Shown: positions 41,181 to 50,920, counted from the stretch's first letter. The stretch is 64,000 nt of DNA from Ardenticatenia bacterium (GCA_003130875.1 QEXY01000005.1:14799-78798), one strand, 5' to 3'. Program-made: numbers and translations. The notes: a model not told the origin generated them from the sequence alone.

Positions 41181-42127
41181 CGGTTCAAGCGCAGGATTTC
41201 GGCGGCGGTGCGCGCGTCGGTGATCAGCACGTTGATGAATTTACCGCGCAGCGCGCCTAAGATAGCTGATGCTTTGGCCAGGCCGCCGGCCACACCGACC
41301 ACCTTGGGGATCTGGGCCAACATCTGCTGATTGGCTGCAATCAACCGCCGATTTAGGGAGATGTCGAGCACGCGTCCCTGAAGGTCGAATTGATAACCCA
41401 GGACGTCACCCACAGCACCTGCCCTGGCGAGTTCACGGAGGTCCGCACCGGTGAGAAAGCCGGCGCGGTATAGGCTGGATAATTCGGGGTCGATCGTGCC
41501 GATGCCGGTGATGGCGATCTCGACATGGCGAACCAGCTCCATAGTGCTGACGATTGTGGGTTCCTGTAGGAGGGCAAGTGCAGTCGCCTCGCTCTCTACT
41601 AGCGCGGGAGCATGCAGGAAGCGGATGGTGGCGCCCAATTTTTGGGCCAACAGGCGGGCACACTCCGGCCCATCTACGGTGGAATGACCCCGCGCCACGG
41701 CGCCAAGCAGCTGGATGACCATGGCATCGCGCAGAGGGATATTGACCACATTGCGCGCCGTCTCATAAACGGCAGTCCCCCACCCGATGCCGACCTTGAT
41801 CCCATCATGCAGCTGTCGCTGCAGGAAGCGTGCACACAGCTCGCCCAAATGCTGGATCAGGGTGGTATACTGGATGGGAGCTTCGGCCAGGACCCATGCA
41901 TCCACCAACCCGAAGGTCTTGATCAGGGTCGCTCCCAGCTCAGCATCCACGTTGATCAGCTTATTAACGCGGATGACAACAATCCCTTCTTCTCGCGCCT
42001 CTTGGAGAAGTCGTGATATCGTGGAACGCGACAGGCCAAGGCGGCGTGCGATCTCCTCTTGAGTTCGGTTCTCCTCGTAATACCATGCGGCGACTTGTTC
42101 TAGCAGCTCGTGACGGGTTTGATACAT
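41177..42127 (-). CDS. SorC/DeoR-type sugar-binding transcriptional regulator
   Basis: The N-terminal HTH is RTQEEIARRLGLSRSTISRLLQEAREEG. A sugar-phosphate-binding domain follows (GIGWGTAV...). ATG 42127 is the preferred start. Confidence 0.8.
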   Translation of the reverse strand: MYQTRHELLEQVAAWYYEENRTQEEIARRLGLSRSTISRLLQEAREEGIVVIRVNKLINVDAELGATLIKTFGLVDAWVLAEAPIQYTTLIQHLGELCARFLQRQLHDGIKVGIGWGTAVYETARNVVNIPLRDAMVIQLLGAVARGHSTVDGPECARLLAQKLGATIRFLHAPALVESEATALALLQEPTIVSTMELVRHVEIAITGIGTIDPELSSLYRAGFLTGADLRELARAGAVGDVLGYQFDLQGRVLDISLNRRLIAANQQMLAQIPKVVGVAGGLAKASAILGALRGKFINVLITDARTAAEILRLNR

Positions 42128-42177
42128 ATGCGCCGTATGCTCTCGCCGATATAGTGCATCCCCAACAGAAAAAACGT

Positions 42178-42921
42178 TCAAACCCGTTCCGGCCACACTT
42201 GGAGCGTGGATTTCAGCAATTGTGCATCTTCGAGTGTCCGACGCAAATCTGCCATGAAGCGCGCAGCGTGGGCGCCATCTGCAATGCGGTGGTCACACGA
42301 GAGCGTGGCAATCATCGTCGGGGCGGCAATAAGCTGATCATCCCGCACGATGGGACGTTTTGCCACCCGCCCCACCGCCAAGATCGCCGCATCTGGTGGA
42401 CTGATAACTGCTTGGAAGGCATCGATGTCCAGCATTCCCATGTTGGAGAGGGTGAATGTACGGCCGGTCAAGTCACCTGCCTGGAGGCGGCGTGCCCGTG
42501 CACCCGCCTCCAGCTCTGCTGCGCGATGGGCGAGCTCCAGTAGGGACATGCGTTCGGCATGATGCAGCACAGGGATGATCATCCCATCCTCCAGGCCGAC
42601 CACAAAGCCGAGATGCACCGATGCGTACTCCTCAATCCCCTCTTCTGTCAGACGTGCGTTGAGCCGTGGATGTTGCATCAACAGGGCAGCGACAACTTTT
42701 AATAGAAGGTGGGTGAGTGTCAGGCGTTGTTGGGTGTGAGTCGCTCTGAGCTCGTCCAACAACTCTTGGGCAGATTGCATGGCTATTTCCTGTGCGATAT
42801 AGAAATGGGGGATGTCGCGTTTGCTGCGCACAACGCGCTCGATAATGGCACGGCGCATAGAGTTTAACGGGACCCGCTGTGCGATCACAGGTTGGGTTAT
42901 GGGTTCTTCCGTCGCATTCAT
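42178..42921 (-). CDS. 2-oxoacid dehydrogenase E2 catalytic (acyltransferase) domain only
   Basis: 247 aa. It begins directly at the catalytic domain, with active site SCDHRIADGAHAARF. It has no lipoyl or peripheral-subunit-binding domain. Confidence 0.8.
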   Translation of the reverse strand: MNATEEPITQPVIAQRVPLNSMRRAIIERVVRSKRDIPHFYIAQEIAMQSAQELLDELRATHTQQRLTLTHLLLKVVAALLMQHPRLNARLTEEGIEEYASVHLGFVVGLEDGMIIPVLHHAERMSLLELAHRAAELEAGARARRLQAGDLTGRTFTLSNMGMLDIDAFQAVISPPDAAILAVGRVAKRPIVRDDQLIAAPTMIATLSCDHRIADGAHAARFMADLRRTLEDAQLLKSTLQVWPERV

Positions 42922-42976
42922 CGTATGCCTTCCGAGTCAAACGACCACGCTTCTACTGTTCTTTTGAACACTTGGC

Positions 42977-43234
42977 TTATTCGGGCAATGGTTCGTCAGG
43001 GTCGGCGATATAGGCTAGAACGTCTCCCACTTTAGCGGTCTCGCCTGCTGGCACCTTGATGCGACGCAACACCCCGCTGCCGAGTGCTTCGACTTGCAAC
43101 ACCGCTTTGTCGGTTTCCACTTCGAACAGCATCTCTCCCCGTTCGACGTGGTCACCTTCCTGCTTTAACCACTGGAGTATTTTGTAAGAGTCAGCTGTTT
43201 CGGTGAGAGGAGGCATTACCACGGAGGTGATCAT
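42977..43234 (-). CDS. Stand-alone lipoyl-domain protein
   Basis: 85 aa. The lipoyl-Lys motif is FEVETDKAVLQVEA. Confidence 0.8.
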   Translation of the reverse strand: MITSVVMPPLTETADSYKILQWLKQEGDHVERGEMLFEVETDKAVLQVEALGSGVLRRIKVPAGETAKVGDVLAYIADPDEPLPE

Positions 43235-43291
43235 TGTTGGTTACCTTTCTCCTGTTATGTGATCGAATTGTTCGCAAAAGACCCCAAGCAT

Positions 43292-44299
43292 CTATGCCGA
43301 GGCCGCACGAATGGCCACCTCAGTGCTCACCATCTCTTTCACCACTTGAACAATCTGGGCAACACTGGGGACAACCTGTTTCTCCAATTGTGAGTGTGCC
43401 GGCAGAGGCACGTGCAATCCACCCAAACGACGCACCGGTGCTGCCAAGATGTCGAACAGCCTTTCCTGCAGACTGGCGGCGATCTCTGCCCCGAATCCGC
43501 CGAACACGCTGGCTTCGTGGACCACCACCGCCCGACGCGTCTTGGTCACAGAGGTGATCACAGTATCCATATCAAGTGGCGCCAGAGTTCGCAGGTCAAT
43601 AACCTCGGCGCTGATGCCGATTTGGCTGAGCTCCTGCGCCGCAGCCAGTGCAGTGTGCACCATATTGGAATAGGCGATCAGTGTGACATTGTTGCCCGGC
43701 CGCTTGATGTCAGCCACTCCCAGAGGAATCGTATATTCCTCTTCGGGTACTTCGCCCTCTAGTGCGTATAAGCCCTTATGTTCGATGAACATCACTGGGT
43801 TGTCATCGCGGATGGCGCTTTTGAGTAGTCCTTTGGCGTCGTAGGGCGTCGCCGGCATTACCACCTTTAAGCCAGGCACGTGGGCAAACCATGCTTCAAG
43901 GCTTTGGGAGTGCTGAGGCCCTGCGCCACGGCCAGTGCCCTGTTGCGTGCGAATGACTAGAGGAGCTTTCAACTGACCGCCGAACATACAGTGCAGCTTA
44001 GCGGCTTGATTGACGATCTGGTCCATAGCCAGCGTAGCAAAGTCGATATACATAATCTCGGCCACTGGACGACCTCCTACAACGGCAGCGCCCAGGGCCG
44101 CACCGACAATGATCGCCTCGGACATCGGCGCATCGATGATGCGCTTAGGACCAAATTCCTGTAGCAGCCCTTGTGTGACCGCATAAGCGCCACCATAACG
44201 TCCCACGTCCTCGCCAATCACAAACACGCGCGGATCGCGTTGCATTTCCTCGCGCAGTGCTTCTCGAAGTGCCTCACGGTAACGAATCTTGCGCACCAT
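43292..44299 (-). CDS. TPP-dependent dehydrogenase E1 beta subunit (acetoin/pyruvate dehydrogenase-like)
   Basis: It has IGEDVGRYGGAY and the transketolase pyrimidine-binding and C-terminal domain pattern. Confidence 0.9.
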   Translation of the reverse strand: MVRKIRYREALREALREEMQRDPRVFVIGEDVGRYGGAYAVTQGLLQEFGPKRIIDAPMSEAIIVGAALGAAVVGGRPVAEIMYIDFATLAMDQIVNQAAKLHCMFGGQLKAPLVIRTQQGTGRGAGPQHSQSLEAWFAHVPGLKVVMPATPYDAKGLLKSAIRDDNPVMFIEHKGLYALEGEVPEEEYTIPLGVADIKRPGNNVTLIAYSNMVHTALAAAQELSQIGISAEVIDLRTLAPLDMDTVITSVTKTRRAVVVHEASVFGGFGAEIAASLQERLFDILAAPVRRLGGLHVPLPAHSQLEKQVVPSVAQIVQVVKEMVSTEVAIRAASA

Positions 44300-44326
44300 G
44301 CTCTCACCCTGTCTGGTATGATCTCT

Positions 44327-45286
44327 TTATGCAAACACATCTTCTAAGACGCTGTCCAAAGTAGCCGATGGGCTCTCTTCGGCGAAACGCACGGCATCAG
44401 CGATGACTTCTGCCACTTTCGCTTCGATCGTTTCTACATCGGTTTGTGTCAGAACCCCTTCTCGGAACAGATACTCCTGATAGATACGGATCGGATCGCG
44501 GGCGCGTTGTCTCGTCTCTTCTTCCTTATCCCGGTATGGGCTTGGGTCGCCGCGCGAATGTCCCAGGAAGCGATAGGTTTGGGCACCGATGAGGGTGGGG
44601 CCTTCGCCGCACCGGGCGCGCTCAATCGCTTGTAAGGCCACCTGACGCACGGCCAGTACATCTTGCCCATCCACCTCGATGCCGGGCATGCCATAGGCTT
44701 CGCCCTTGCGTGCAAACGAGTGTTCAGCCGTCGCATGCGTCCAGGGCAGTGACATGGCATACTGGTTGTTCTCACATACAAAGACGATCGGCAAGCGCCA
44801 CAACGCGGCCATATTGGCCGCTTCATGGAATATTCCCTCCGTCATTGCCCCTTCGCCGAAGAACGCGACGGTGACCCGGCCGTCATTTTGCAAGCTAGAC
44901 CACAATGCTGCGCCAGTCGCGATGCCAATATGCCCGCCGACAATCCCGTTCGAGCCAAGGTGGCCCAAGCTGACATCCACCAAATGCATCGAGCCGCCGC
45001 GCCCTTTACAGTAGCCTGTCTCCCGACCCAATAGCTCCGCGATGATCCGCCGCAAATCCCCGCCACGGGCGATGATGTGGCCATGCCCACGATGGGTGCT
45101 GGTGAGGTAGTCATGAGGCTGCATCGCGGAGCAAACGCCAGTGGCAACCGCCTCCTGACCGATACTGACATGACACATACTGCTGGCCAGCTTTCCCTGG
45201 AGCAATAACTCGAGAATCTTTTCTTCCGTGCGACGGATCAGCAACATCGTGTGATACAAGTTGGTCAACGTTTCTCGATCTTCCAT
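44327..45286 (-). CDS. TPP-dependent dehydrogenase E1 alpha subunit
   Basis: I trimmed to ATG 45286 (MEDRETL...). The TPP motif is FFGEGAMTEG...VCENNQYA. It also has YRFLGHS. Confidence 0.9.
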   Translation of the reverse strand: MEDRETLTNLYHTMLLIRRTEEKILELLLQGKLASSMCHVSIGQEAVATGVCSAMQPHDYLTSTHRGHGHIIARGGDLRRIIAELLGRETGYCKGRGGSMHLVDVSLGHLGSNGIVGGHIGIATGAALWSSLQNDGRVTVAFFGEGAMTEGIFHEAANMAALWRLPIVFVCENNQYAMSLPWTHATAEHSFARKGEAYGMPGIEVDGQDVLAVRQVALQAIERARCGEGPTLIGAQTYRFLGHSRGDPSPYRDKEEETRQRARDPIRIYQEYLFREGVLTQTDVETIEAKVAEVIADAVRFAEESPSATLDSVLEDVFA

Positions 45287-45314
45287 AACACTACGCCCTC
45301 TTCTCTCATACATT

Positions 45315-46874
45315 TTATCGATGGGTTTGTCGCGCGATATGTCGGGCCATCTCATGCATCAGGTCGCGCATCTGGGGATAGGTGTTAATGTACTTGTCCA
45401 CAAAAAACTGATATGCTTCATGAGTCGTGGGGTCCGGTACAATGCGATCGGTCACACGCACCATAGCTTTGGAAGCAGCCGCCAGGCTGGGATAAGCGCC
45501 ACAGCCCACAGCGGCACAGATGGCGGATCCCAAGACCGCTGCAGATGCACCTGCCTCGGTTAACGATATCGGTACATTGCTCACATCGGCGTGAATTTGC
45601 ATCCACAACTTGCTCTTTGTGGGCCCGCCCGATGCCACCAGCTCCTGAGCGACGTAGCCATATTGGCGCATCGTGCGCAAGATGTGCTCGGTGCCATAGG
45701 CAATGCCCTCCATAATCGCGCGGAACACATGCGCGGGTGTGTGGGATAAGCTCAATCCCCAGATCATCCCGCGCGCTTCTGGATCGACGTAGGGAGTGCG
45801 ATTGCCCTGCCAGTAATCCAATACGATCAATCCATCCGAGCCAGGAGGAAGTTGAGCGGCTTCCTCTGTGAGCAGGTCGTAGGCGCTGACCCCCAAAGCT
45901 TGCGCCCTTTGTACGTGATTGCCGGCAAAGTTGTCCCGGAACCAGCGCACAACCGAGCCTGTTGAAATCTGGCCGCCCTCAACGGTGTATTGGCCGGGGA
46001 TCAAGCAATCTGTATAAGCACCAAAGATGCCTTTGCCGTGGAATTGATGGGCGGATTGTCCCAAGAGAAGGTGCGAAGAACCCACAATGAAGGCCATTTT
46101 ACCTGGTTCGACCACGTCCAGGCCGAGCATTGCGATGTAGGCATCGGCGCCACCTTGGGCAACGGGAATGCCGGCTCGAAGTCCCAGCTCCTCGGCTACC
46201 TCGGGGCGTAGTGTACCCACCACTTCACCCAGGTTGAGGATACGCTGTGGGAATCGGGCCAGTAGATCGCCCAGTCCGATGCCCTCGTAGAAGTCTGTTG
46301 GGAAGCCGCCTGTGTTGCGATCGTAATACCAGCGAATACTGGTGTTGTTAATGCTGCCCACCCATTCACGGGTCAAGCGATGCATGAACCAATCCACATA
46401 TTCGCCTACATAGCGTGCCTTTGCCCAGATCCCCGGTTGATTCTCCTTAACCCAGAGGGCCTTGCATGGCATCCACTCAGCCGACACATTGCCGTAACCG
46501 TTGTATTTGAGGGCATCATACCCGCTGGCGGCGATGCGCCTGGCCTGGTCGGCGGCACGCACATCCATCCAGATGATGGCCGGACGCAGTGGGTGAAATT
46601 GTTCGTCCATGAAAACAACTGTGCAGCTGGTGAAATCACCGCTGATGCCCGCGATCGAATGCGGATGCAACCCTGATTGCTCGACCGTTTTTCTCACAGC
46701 AGCGACGATGGCCGCCCACCATTCCTCTGGGTCTTGTTCTGCCCATCCCGGATGTGGGTGATATACCGGATAAGGGATCGCCTCGGAGGCGATCATCTTC
46801 CCTTGGGGATCAAAGATGGCGGCACGCACGCTCTCCGTGCCACAGTCGATGCCGAGAAAGTGCTGATCTGCCAC
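45315..46874 (-). CDS. FGGY-family pentulose (ribulokinase-like) kinase
   Basis: It has FLGIDCGTESVRAAIFD, GWAEQDP and GGQISTGS, with a length of 519 aa. Confidence 0.85.
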   Translation of the reverse strand: MADQHFLGIDCGTESVRAAIFDPQGKMIASEAIPYPVYHPHPGWAEQDPEEWWAAIVAAVRKTVEQSGLHPHSIAGISGDFTSCTVVFMDEQFHPLRPAIIWMDVRAADQARRIAASGYDALKYNGYGNVSAEWMPCKALWVKENQPGIWAKARYVGEYVDWFMHRLTREWVGSINNTSIRWYYDRNTGGFPTDFYEGIGLGDLLARFPQRILNLGEVVGTLRPEVAEELGLRAGIPVAQGGADAYIAMLGLDVVEPGKMAFIVGSSHLLLGQSAHQFHGKGIFGAYTDCLIPGQYTVEGGQISTGSVVRWFRDNFAGNHVQRAQALGVSAYDLLTEEAAQLPPGSDGLIVLDYWQGNRTPYVDPEARGMIWGLSLSHTPAHVFRAIMEGIAYGTEHILRTMRQYGYVAQELVASGGPTKSKLWMQIHADVSNVPISLTEAGASAAVLGSAICAAVGCGAYPSLAAASKAMVRVTDRIVPDPTTHEAYQFFVDKYINTYPQMRDLMHEMARHIARQTHR

Positions 46875-46925
46875 GTGATCCTCCTTGGCTTGTAGAATGT
46901 GAAATACTTCGGAAGCCTACTTGCT

Positions 46926-47921
46926 CTAGAAGAAGCGGATTTCCTCGCGTCGCACGGCGAGCAAGACCGCGAAGATCAAAATGCCTCCACGCACCATATT
47001 TTGCAGGTAGAAAGGAGCACCTACCATATTGAGACCGTTGTTAATAATGCCCAACGTCAGCACACCGACCAGGGTGCCGAGGATGTTGGCTTGGCCGCGC
47101 TTGATCGTGGTCATGCCCAAGAACACGGCTGCCAGTGCATCCATTGTGTAGGGATCTGCCCCTTGAGGTTGGGCCGAGCCCAGGTAAGAAGTCAGCATGA
47201 CACCTGCCAGGGCAGCGAAGAACCCGCTGCACACTAAGCCCAAGAAGCGATACCGTTCCGTGTTGATACCGCTGAGCTTGGCTGCTTTGGGATTGGCACC
47301 GGTGGCGATCACATAACGCCCGGCGCGTGTCTTATTGAGGAAGAGGTACTGAACTAGCAATACTGCCAGGGCGAGGATGACGGCAAAGGGCACAACTCCC
47401 ACGAATCCCTGGCCGATGAACTTGAAGGTGGCCGGCATCTGTCCGTAGATGGAGTCGCCACCCGCATAAGCGAAGTTCACCCCCAATGCGATAGACGAGC
47501 CGCCGATCGTGGCGATCAACGAAGGCACGCGAAACACAGTGACGATGAAGCCGAACAATGTCCCAAAAGCTGCTCCAGACAGCAGCGCGACGACAAGTGC
47601 CACTTCGAACGGTTGCTCCTGGCGCACCATCAAGCCGGCCACCAGAATACCGGCCAAGCTGGCAACGGTTCCGACGGAGAGATCAAATTCACCCGCCGCG
47701 ACACAAATGGTCAAACCACCCGCCACGACGGCCAATGTGGAAACCTGGCGCAGAATGTTGAGCAGATTACGTCCGCTCACAAAGCGGCCTTCCAGGATCC
47801 AAAAGGCCACGAAGACAGCCACCAGAGCTAACACCGTGCCGTAGCGCGCGATGAAATCCTCCCAATCGACTGCAGGCGATTTAAGCCTCCCTGCCGTTGG
47901 GGCTTGCTCCACTTTCATCAC
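46926..47921 (-). CDS. Sugar ABC transporter permease (RbsC-like)
   Basis: A multi-TM protein with the RbsC-family pattern (FDLSVGTVASLAG, NTERY). Confidence 0.85.
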   Translation of the reverse strand: MMKVEQAPTAGRLKSPAVDWEDFIARYGTVLALVAVFVAFWILEGRFVSGRNLLNILRQVSTLAVVAGGLTICVAAGEFDLSVGTVASLAGILVAGLMVRQEQPFEVALVVALLSGAAFGTLFGFIVTVFRVPSLIATIGGSSIALGVNFAYAGGDSIYGQMPATFKFIGQGFVGVVPFAVILALAVLLVQYLFLNKTRAGRYVIATGANPKAAKLSGINTERYRFLGLVCSGFFAALAGVMLTSYLGSAQPQGADPYTMDALAAVFLGMTTIKRGQANILGTLVGVLTLGIINNGLNMVGAPFYLQNMVRGGILIFAVLLAVRREEIRFF

Positions 47922-47946
47922 ATTTTCCTCCTAGTGCATCCAGAAA

Positions 47947-49473
47947 TCATTGAGATGTGTGTTGAACAACAGTTGCCTCTGTCGCTCCCAACATATGTTG
48001 CAAGACAGTCTCTTGAGTAAAGTCCGGACGCCTGCCTGAACCGACCACCTTGCCGGCGCGCATAATATAAATGCGGTCCGCCAACACCATCAACTCTTCC
48101 AGGTCGGACGTTGCGACCACGACTCCGGCACCTTGTGCCGCGAGACCGCGGATGATGTTCCACATCTCAGCACGCGCGCCCACGTCGATCCCTTCGGTCG
48201 GCTCGTCAAGCAGGAAAACCTTTCCTTGCACATCTTCACCGACGGCCAACCATTTGCCGAACACGATTTTCTGCTTGTTACCACCGCTTAAGTTGCCCAC
48301 GTTGGTACGCAGACTAGGAGTGACAATGCCCAGCCGTTTGACCACGTTGCTGGCCACCTGTCGCAGGCTTTGTTCCGAAACGACCCCGGCCGGAGAGTGA
48401 TCGGGCAGACAGGCCACCGTGAGATTTTCCAGCACATCTAAACGCATCATCAGGCCCTTTTCCATGCGCTTCTCCGGCACCAGAATGAGCCCGTGGCGAA
48501 TGGCTTGTTGCGGCGTGCGGATGCGTTTGGATTCGCCTTTGATCAGAATCTCACCACTGCGCACATCCCGATAGCCGACTAGGCTCTCCAACAATTCCGT
48601 GCGACCGGCGCCGACAACCCCGGCCAGGCCGACCACTTCCCCGGCGTGGACTTTCAGGGATATATCATCAAATCCTTCGCCGCATAGATTGCGCACTTCC
48701 AGCAGCACGGGTCTCCCTGTGGCATCCACATAATCCGAAGTGGTCTCGGCAATCTCGCGCCCCACGATCAACCGTGGCACGTCTTCCGGCTTATAGGCGG
48801 TGATAGGGCCGGTGCTGACCACCTTGCCGTCCCGCAGAATGGTGATATGGTCCGCTATCTCGAACACTTCATCCAAGTGATGGGAGACGAAGATGATCCC
48901 CACCCCGCGCTCCTTGAAACGGCGCAGTGTGTCAAACAAGTGCTCTGTTTCGGCTGCCGAAAGAGAGGCGGTGGGTTCGTCTAAGACGATCACTTTGGGA
49001 GAGGTGCGCAGAGCGCGTGCAATGTCCACCAACTGTTGCTTGCCCGCGCCCAGCTTTTCAACGTCCGCATCGATGTCCAGGTCGCCGATGCCCAAATTTT
49101 CCAGGAGTTCTCGGGCACGCTGACGCAACAATTGGTTATTGATGACTCCCAGCTGCGAGGGCTCGATGCCCAATAAGATGTTTTCGGCGACTGTCAGGTG
49201 ACGAATTAGAGTGCGTTCCTGGTGGACGACTACGATGCCGTGTTGGGCGGCATCGCGCGCATGGTTCAGATGCAAGAGCTGACCATCGAGAAAGATAGAG
49301 CCATGATCAGGTTTTTCGGCGCCGGCGATCACTTTGACCAAGGTGGATTTGCCAGCGCCGTTCATTCCCACCAAAGCGTGGATTTGGGCGCGCTCCAGGA
49401 TGAAGTCCACATGGTCAAGCGCCCGCACCCCTGGATAGGTTTTGACGATGTCACGTGCTTCGAGAAGTGCCAT
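47947..49473 (-). CDS. Sugar ABC transporter ATP-binding protein (duplicated ATPase, RbsA-like)
   Basis: Walker A is GMNGAGKST in the first half and GVVGAGRTEL in the second. The signatures are LGAGKQQLV and LSGGNKQK. Confidence 0.9.
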   Translation of the reverse strand: MALLEARDIVKTYPGVRALDHVDFILERAQIHALVGMNGAGKSTLVKVIAGAEKPDHGSIFLDGQLLHLNHARDAAQHGIVVVHQERTLIRHLTVAENILLGIEPSQLGVINNQLLRQRARELLENLGIGDLDIDADVEKLGAGKQQLVDIARALRTSPKVIVLDEPTASLSAAETEHLFDTLRRFKERGVGIIFVSHHLDEVFEIADHITILRDGKVVSTGPITAYKPEDVPRLIVGREIAETTSDYVDATGRPVLLEVRNLCGEGFDDISLKVHAGEVVGLAGVVGAGRTELLESLVGYRDVRSGEILIKGESKRIRTPQQAIRHGLILVPEKRMEKGLMMRLDVLENLTVACLPDHSPAGVVSEQSLRQVASNVVKRLGIVTPSLRTNVGNLSGGNKQKIVFGKWLAVGEDVQGKVFLLDEPTEGIDVGARAEMWNIIRGLAAQGAGVVVATSDLEELMVLADRIYIMRAGKVVGSGRRPDFTQETVLQHMLGATEATVVQHTSQ

Positions 49474-49593
49474 TTTCTGGGTCGATCTCCCAAGCGTGTG
49501 AAACGGCCGCCGCCAACGCGAAGTTGGCAGGCGACCGTTTGCGGATCAGTGACTGAACATAACCATCTGCAGCGTGAGAGACAGGTGCCAGTT

Positions 49594-50688
49594 TTACTCT
49601 TTGATCATCGCTTGCTCGAAGAAGAGCTGATAGAAGTCCACCGTCTCCCACGGCATCTTGCCTTCAGGCGGCATATTGACACCTTTCACAATGAAAGGAG
49701 CGGGGAAGTCCACCTGAGGCACGGGCACAACCTCCTTGGCCGGCCGCCCTTTGCCCACAATCTCGTCCACAAAGGAGCCAGCTAAGGCCCCCCACAGCTC
49801 AAAGGCCTGAGCCGGCGTGGCCACCAGCGGATAATCTGGGTTACGCATCTCTTCTACGGCAGGAGGATGGCCGTCTGCTCCGACTACAAACGCATCCTTG
49901 ACCGTCATGCCCTGGCTGACCAGTGCCTGCGCGGCCGCTTGAGCCGGCTCGTCCCACGGGCACCAGATGGCATCGATGTCCTCGCCATAGCGGTTGATCC
50001 AGTCGTTCACTGTGTTGAGCGTGGTCTCGAAGAAACCTTCGTACTGAATGACTTGGTCGGCCAGCACCTTGATATTCTCATTCTCCGAGAGGACCGCATC
50101 CCGCACCTTGCCGCGCTTGCGCGTTCCATGGTGGAAGTTGGCGGTGATGGTGCAGATATTCGCCTCAGTCTTGCCCTCACCCAGCAAGCGCTGTACCAGG
50201 TAGGAGGTCATATGAGAACCCATCACATAGTTGTTGGAAGCGATGTCACAGATGGCGGGCGGATAATAGCCCGAGTCCACCGACAACATGGGAATGCCTG
50301 CCTTGGCGACCGCCTGCAAAGCCCCCTGGGCAGCGGTCAGCGTGCCAAAGGTGACGATGATGGCATCCACACCACGCGAAACAGCATCTTCGATCGTGGC
50401 CGAGAGCTGACCGGGATCTCCTTTGGCATCAGTCACGGTGACGTCCCAGGGAAGGCCGGATGCCTTTAACCAGTTCTCAAAACCGGCCTTGACGCGCTGG
50501 TTGCTCTGAGCGGAGAGCTGCTGACACAGATAAGCGATTTTGAGCTCTTTCTTCTGGCGCGGCACATCAGGTCGTACGTGAGAGAAGAGAGTTTTTGCAA
50601 ATGCCGATGTCACCGAGCTGGTGAGTGCCAGTCCGGCAGCGCCTAGGGCACTGGCCAGCAGAAATTCACGCCGTGTTACTTTCGACAT
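49594..50688 (-). CDS. Sugar ABC transporter substrate-binding protein (RbsB/LsrB-type periplasmic binding fold)
   Basis: It has a Tat-like signal (TRREFLLASALGAAGLAL) and a type I PBP pattern. It is the first gene of the operon. Confidence 0.85.
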   Translation of the reverse strand: MSKVTRREFLLASALGAAGLALTSSVTSAFAKTLFSHVRPDVPRQKKELKIAYLCQQLSAQSNQRVKAGFENWLKASGLPWDVTVTDAKGDPGQLSATIEDAVSRGVDAIIVTFGTLTAAQGALQAVAKAGIPMLSVDSGYYPPAICDIASNNYVMGSHMTSYLVQRLLGEGKTEANICTITANFHHGTRKRGKVRDAVLSENENIKVLADQVIQYEGFFETTLNTVNDWINRYGEDIDAIWCPWDEPAQAAAQALVSQGMTVKDAFVVGADGHPPAVEEMRNPDYPLVATPAQAFELWGALAGSFVDEIVGKGRPAKEVVPVPQVDFPAPFIVKGVNMPPEGKMPWETVDFYQLFFEQAMIKE

Positions 50689-50903
50689 AAGAATGTCCCC
50701 CTTTCTGTTCTTCCTTGAATTGAATGATCGTCATTGGCAGGTTTTCTTCTGCGGTTTTATGGAAACATAGGAACCACTAATCCAGGCGGATCACCAAAGC
50801 ATGTACGCGTACCGCTACACATCACCCCCTTTCGGAAGGAACCGTGTGACGATGTTCCCCATGCACCTTTTCCCTATCACGGAAAGGCACTTTAAGGCCC
50901 GTG

Positions 50904-50915
50904 ATGATTAATCAT
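50904..50915. promoter_or_regulatory. Perfect 12-bp palindrome ATGATTAATCAT at the predicted transcription start
   Basis: The palindrome is read directly from the sequence. It lies 6-17 nt downstream of the -10. Confidence 0.4.
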
Positions 50916-50920
50916 AAACC

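Noticed and set aside
42922-42976. The gap between the lipoyl-domain ORF and the E2 catalytic ORF as evidence of a frameshifted pseudogene
   Set aside because: A 55-nt gap cannot hold the missing linker and subunit-binding domain. Both ORFs start and end exactly at domain boundaries. I therefore report it as a probable genuine split, flagged for read-level verification.
44327-45286. The E1 alpha TPP motif reads GEG instead of the usual GDG; I considered whether this marks another pseudo-enzyme
   Set aside because: Asp-to-Glu is conservative for Mg2+ coordination, and the rest of the motif (x24-27 NN) and the subunit are intact. This is not enough evidence to call it degenerate.
41177-50688. 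Calling the operon a canonical lsr (AI-2 uptake) locus
   Set aside because: The SBP, ATPase, permease, FGGY kinase and SorC regulator fit lsr. However, there is only one permease gene and no LsrG. The only LsrF-like gene is about 14 kb away in a different operon. Family-level similarity cannot distinguish AI-2 from ribose, pentitol or erythritol systems without searches.
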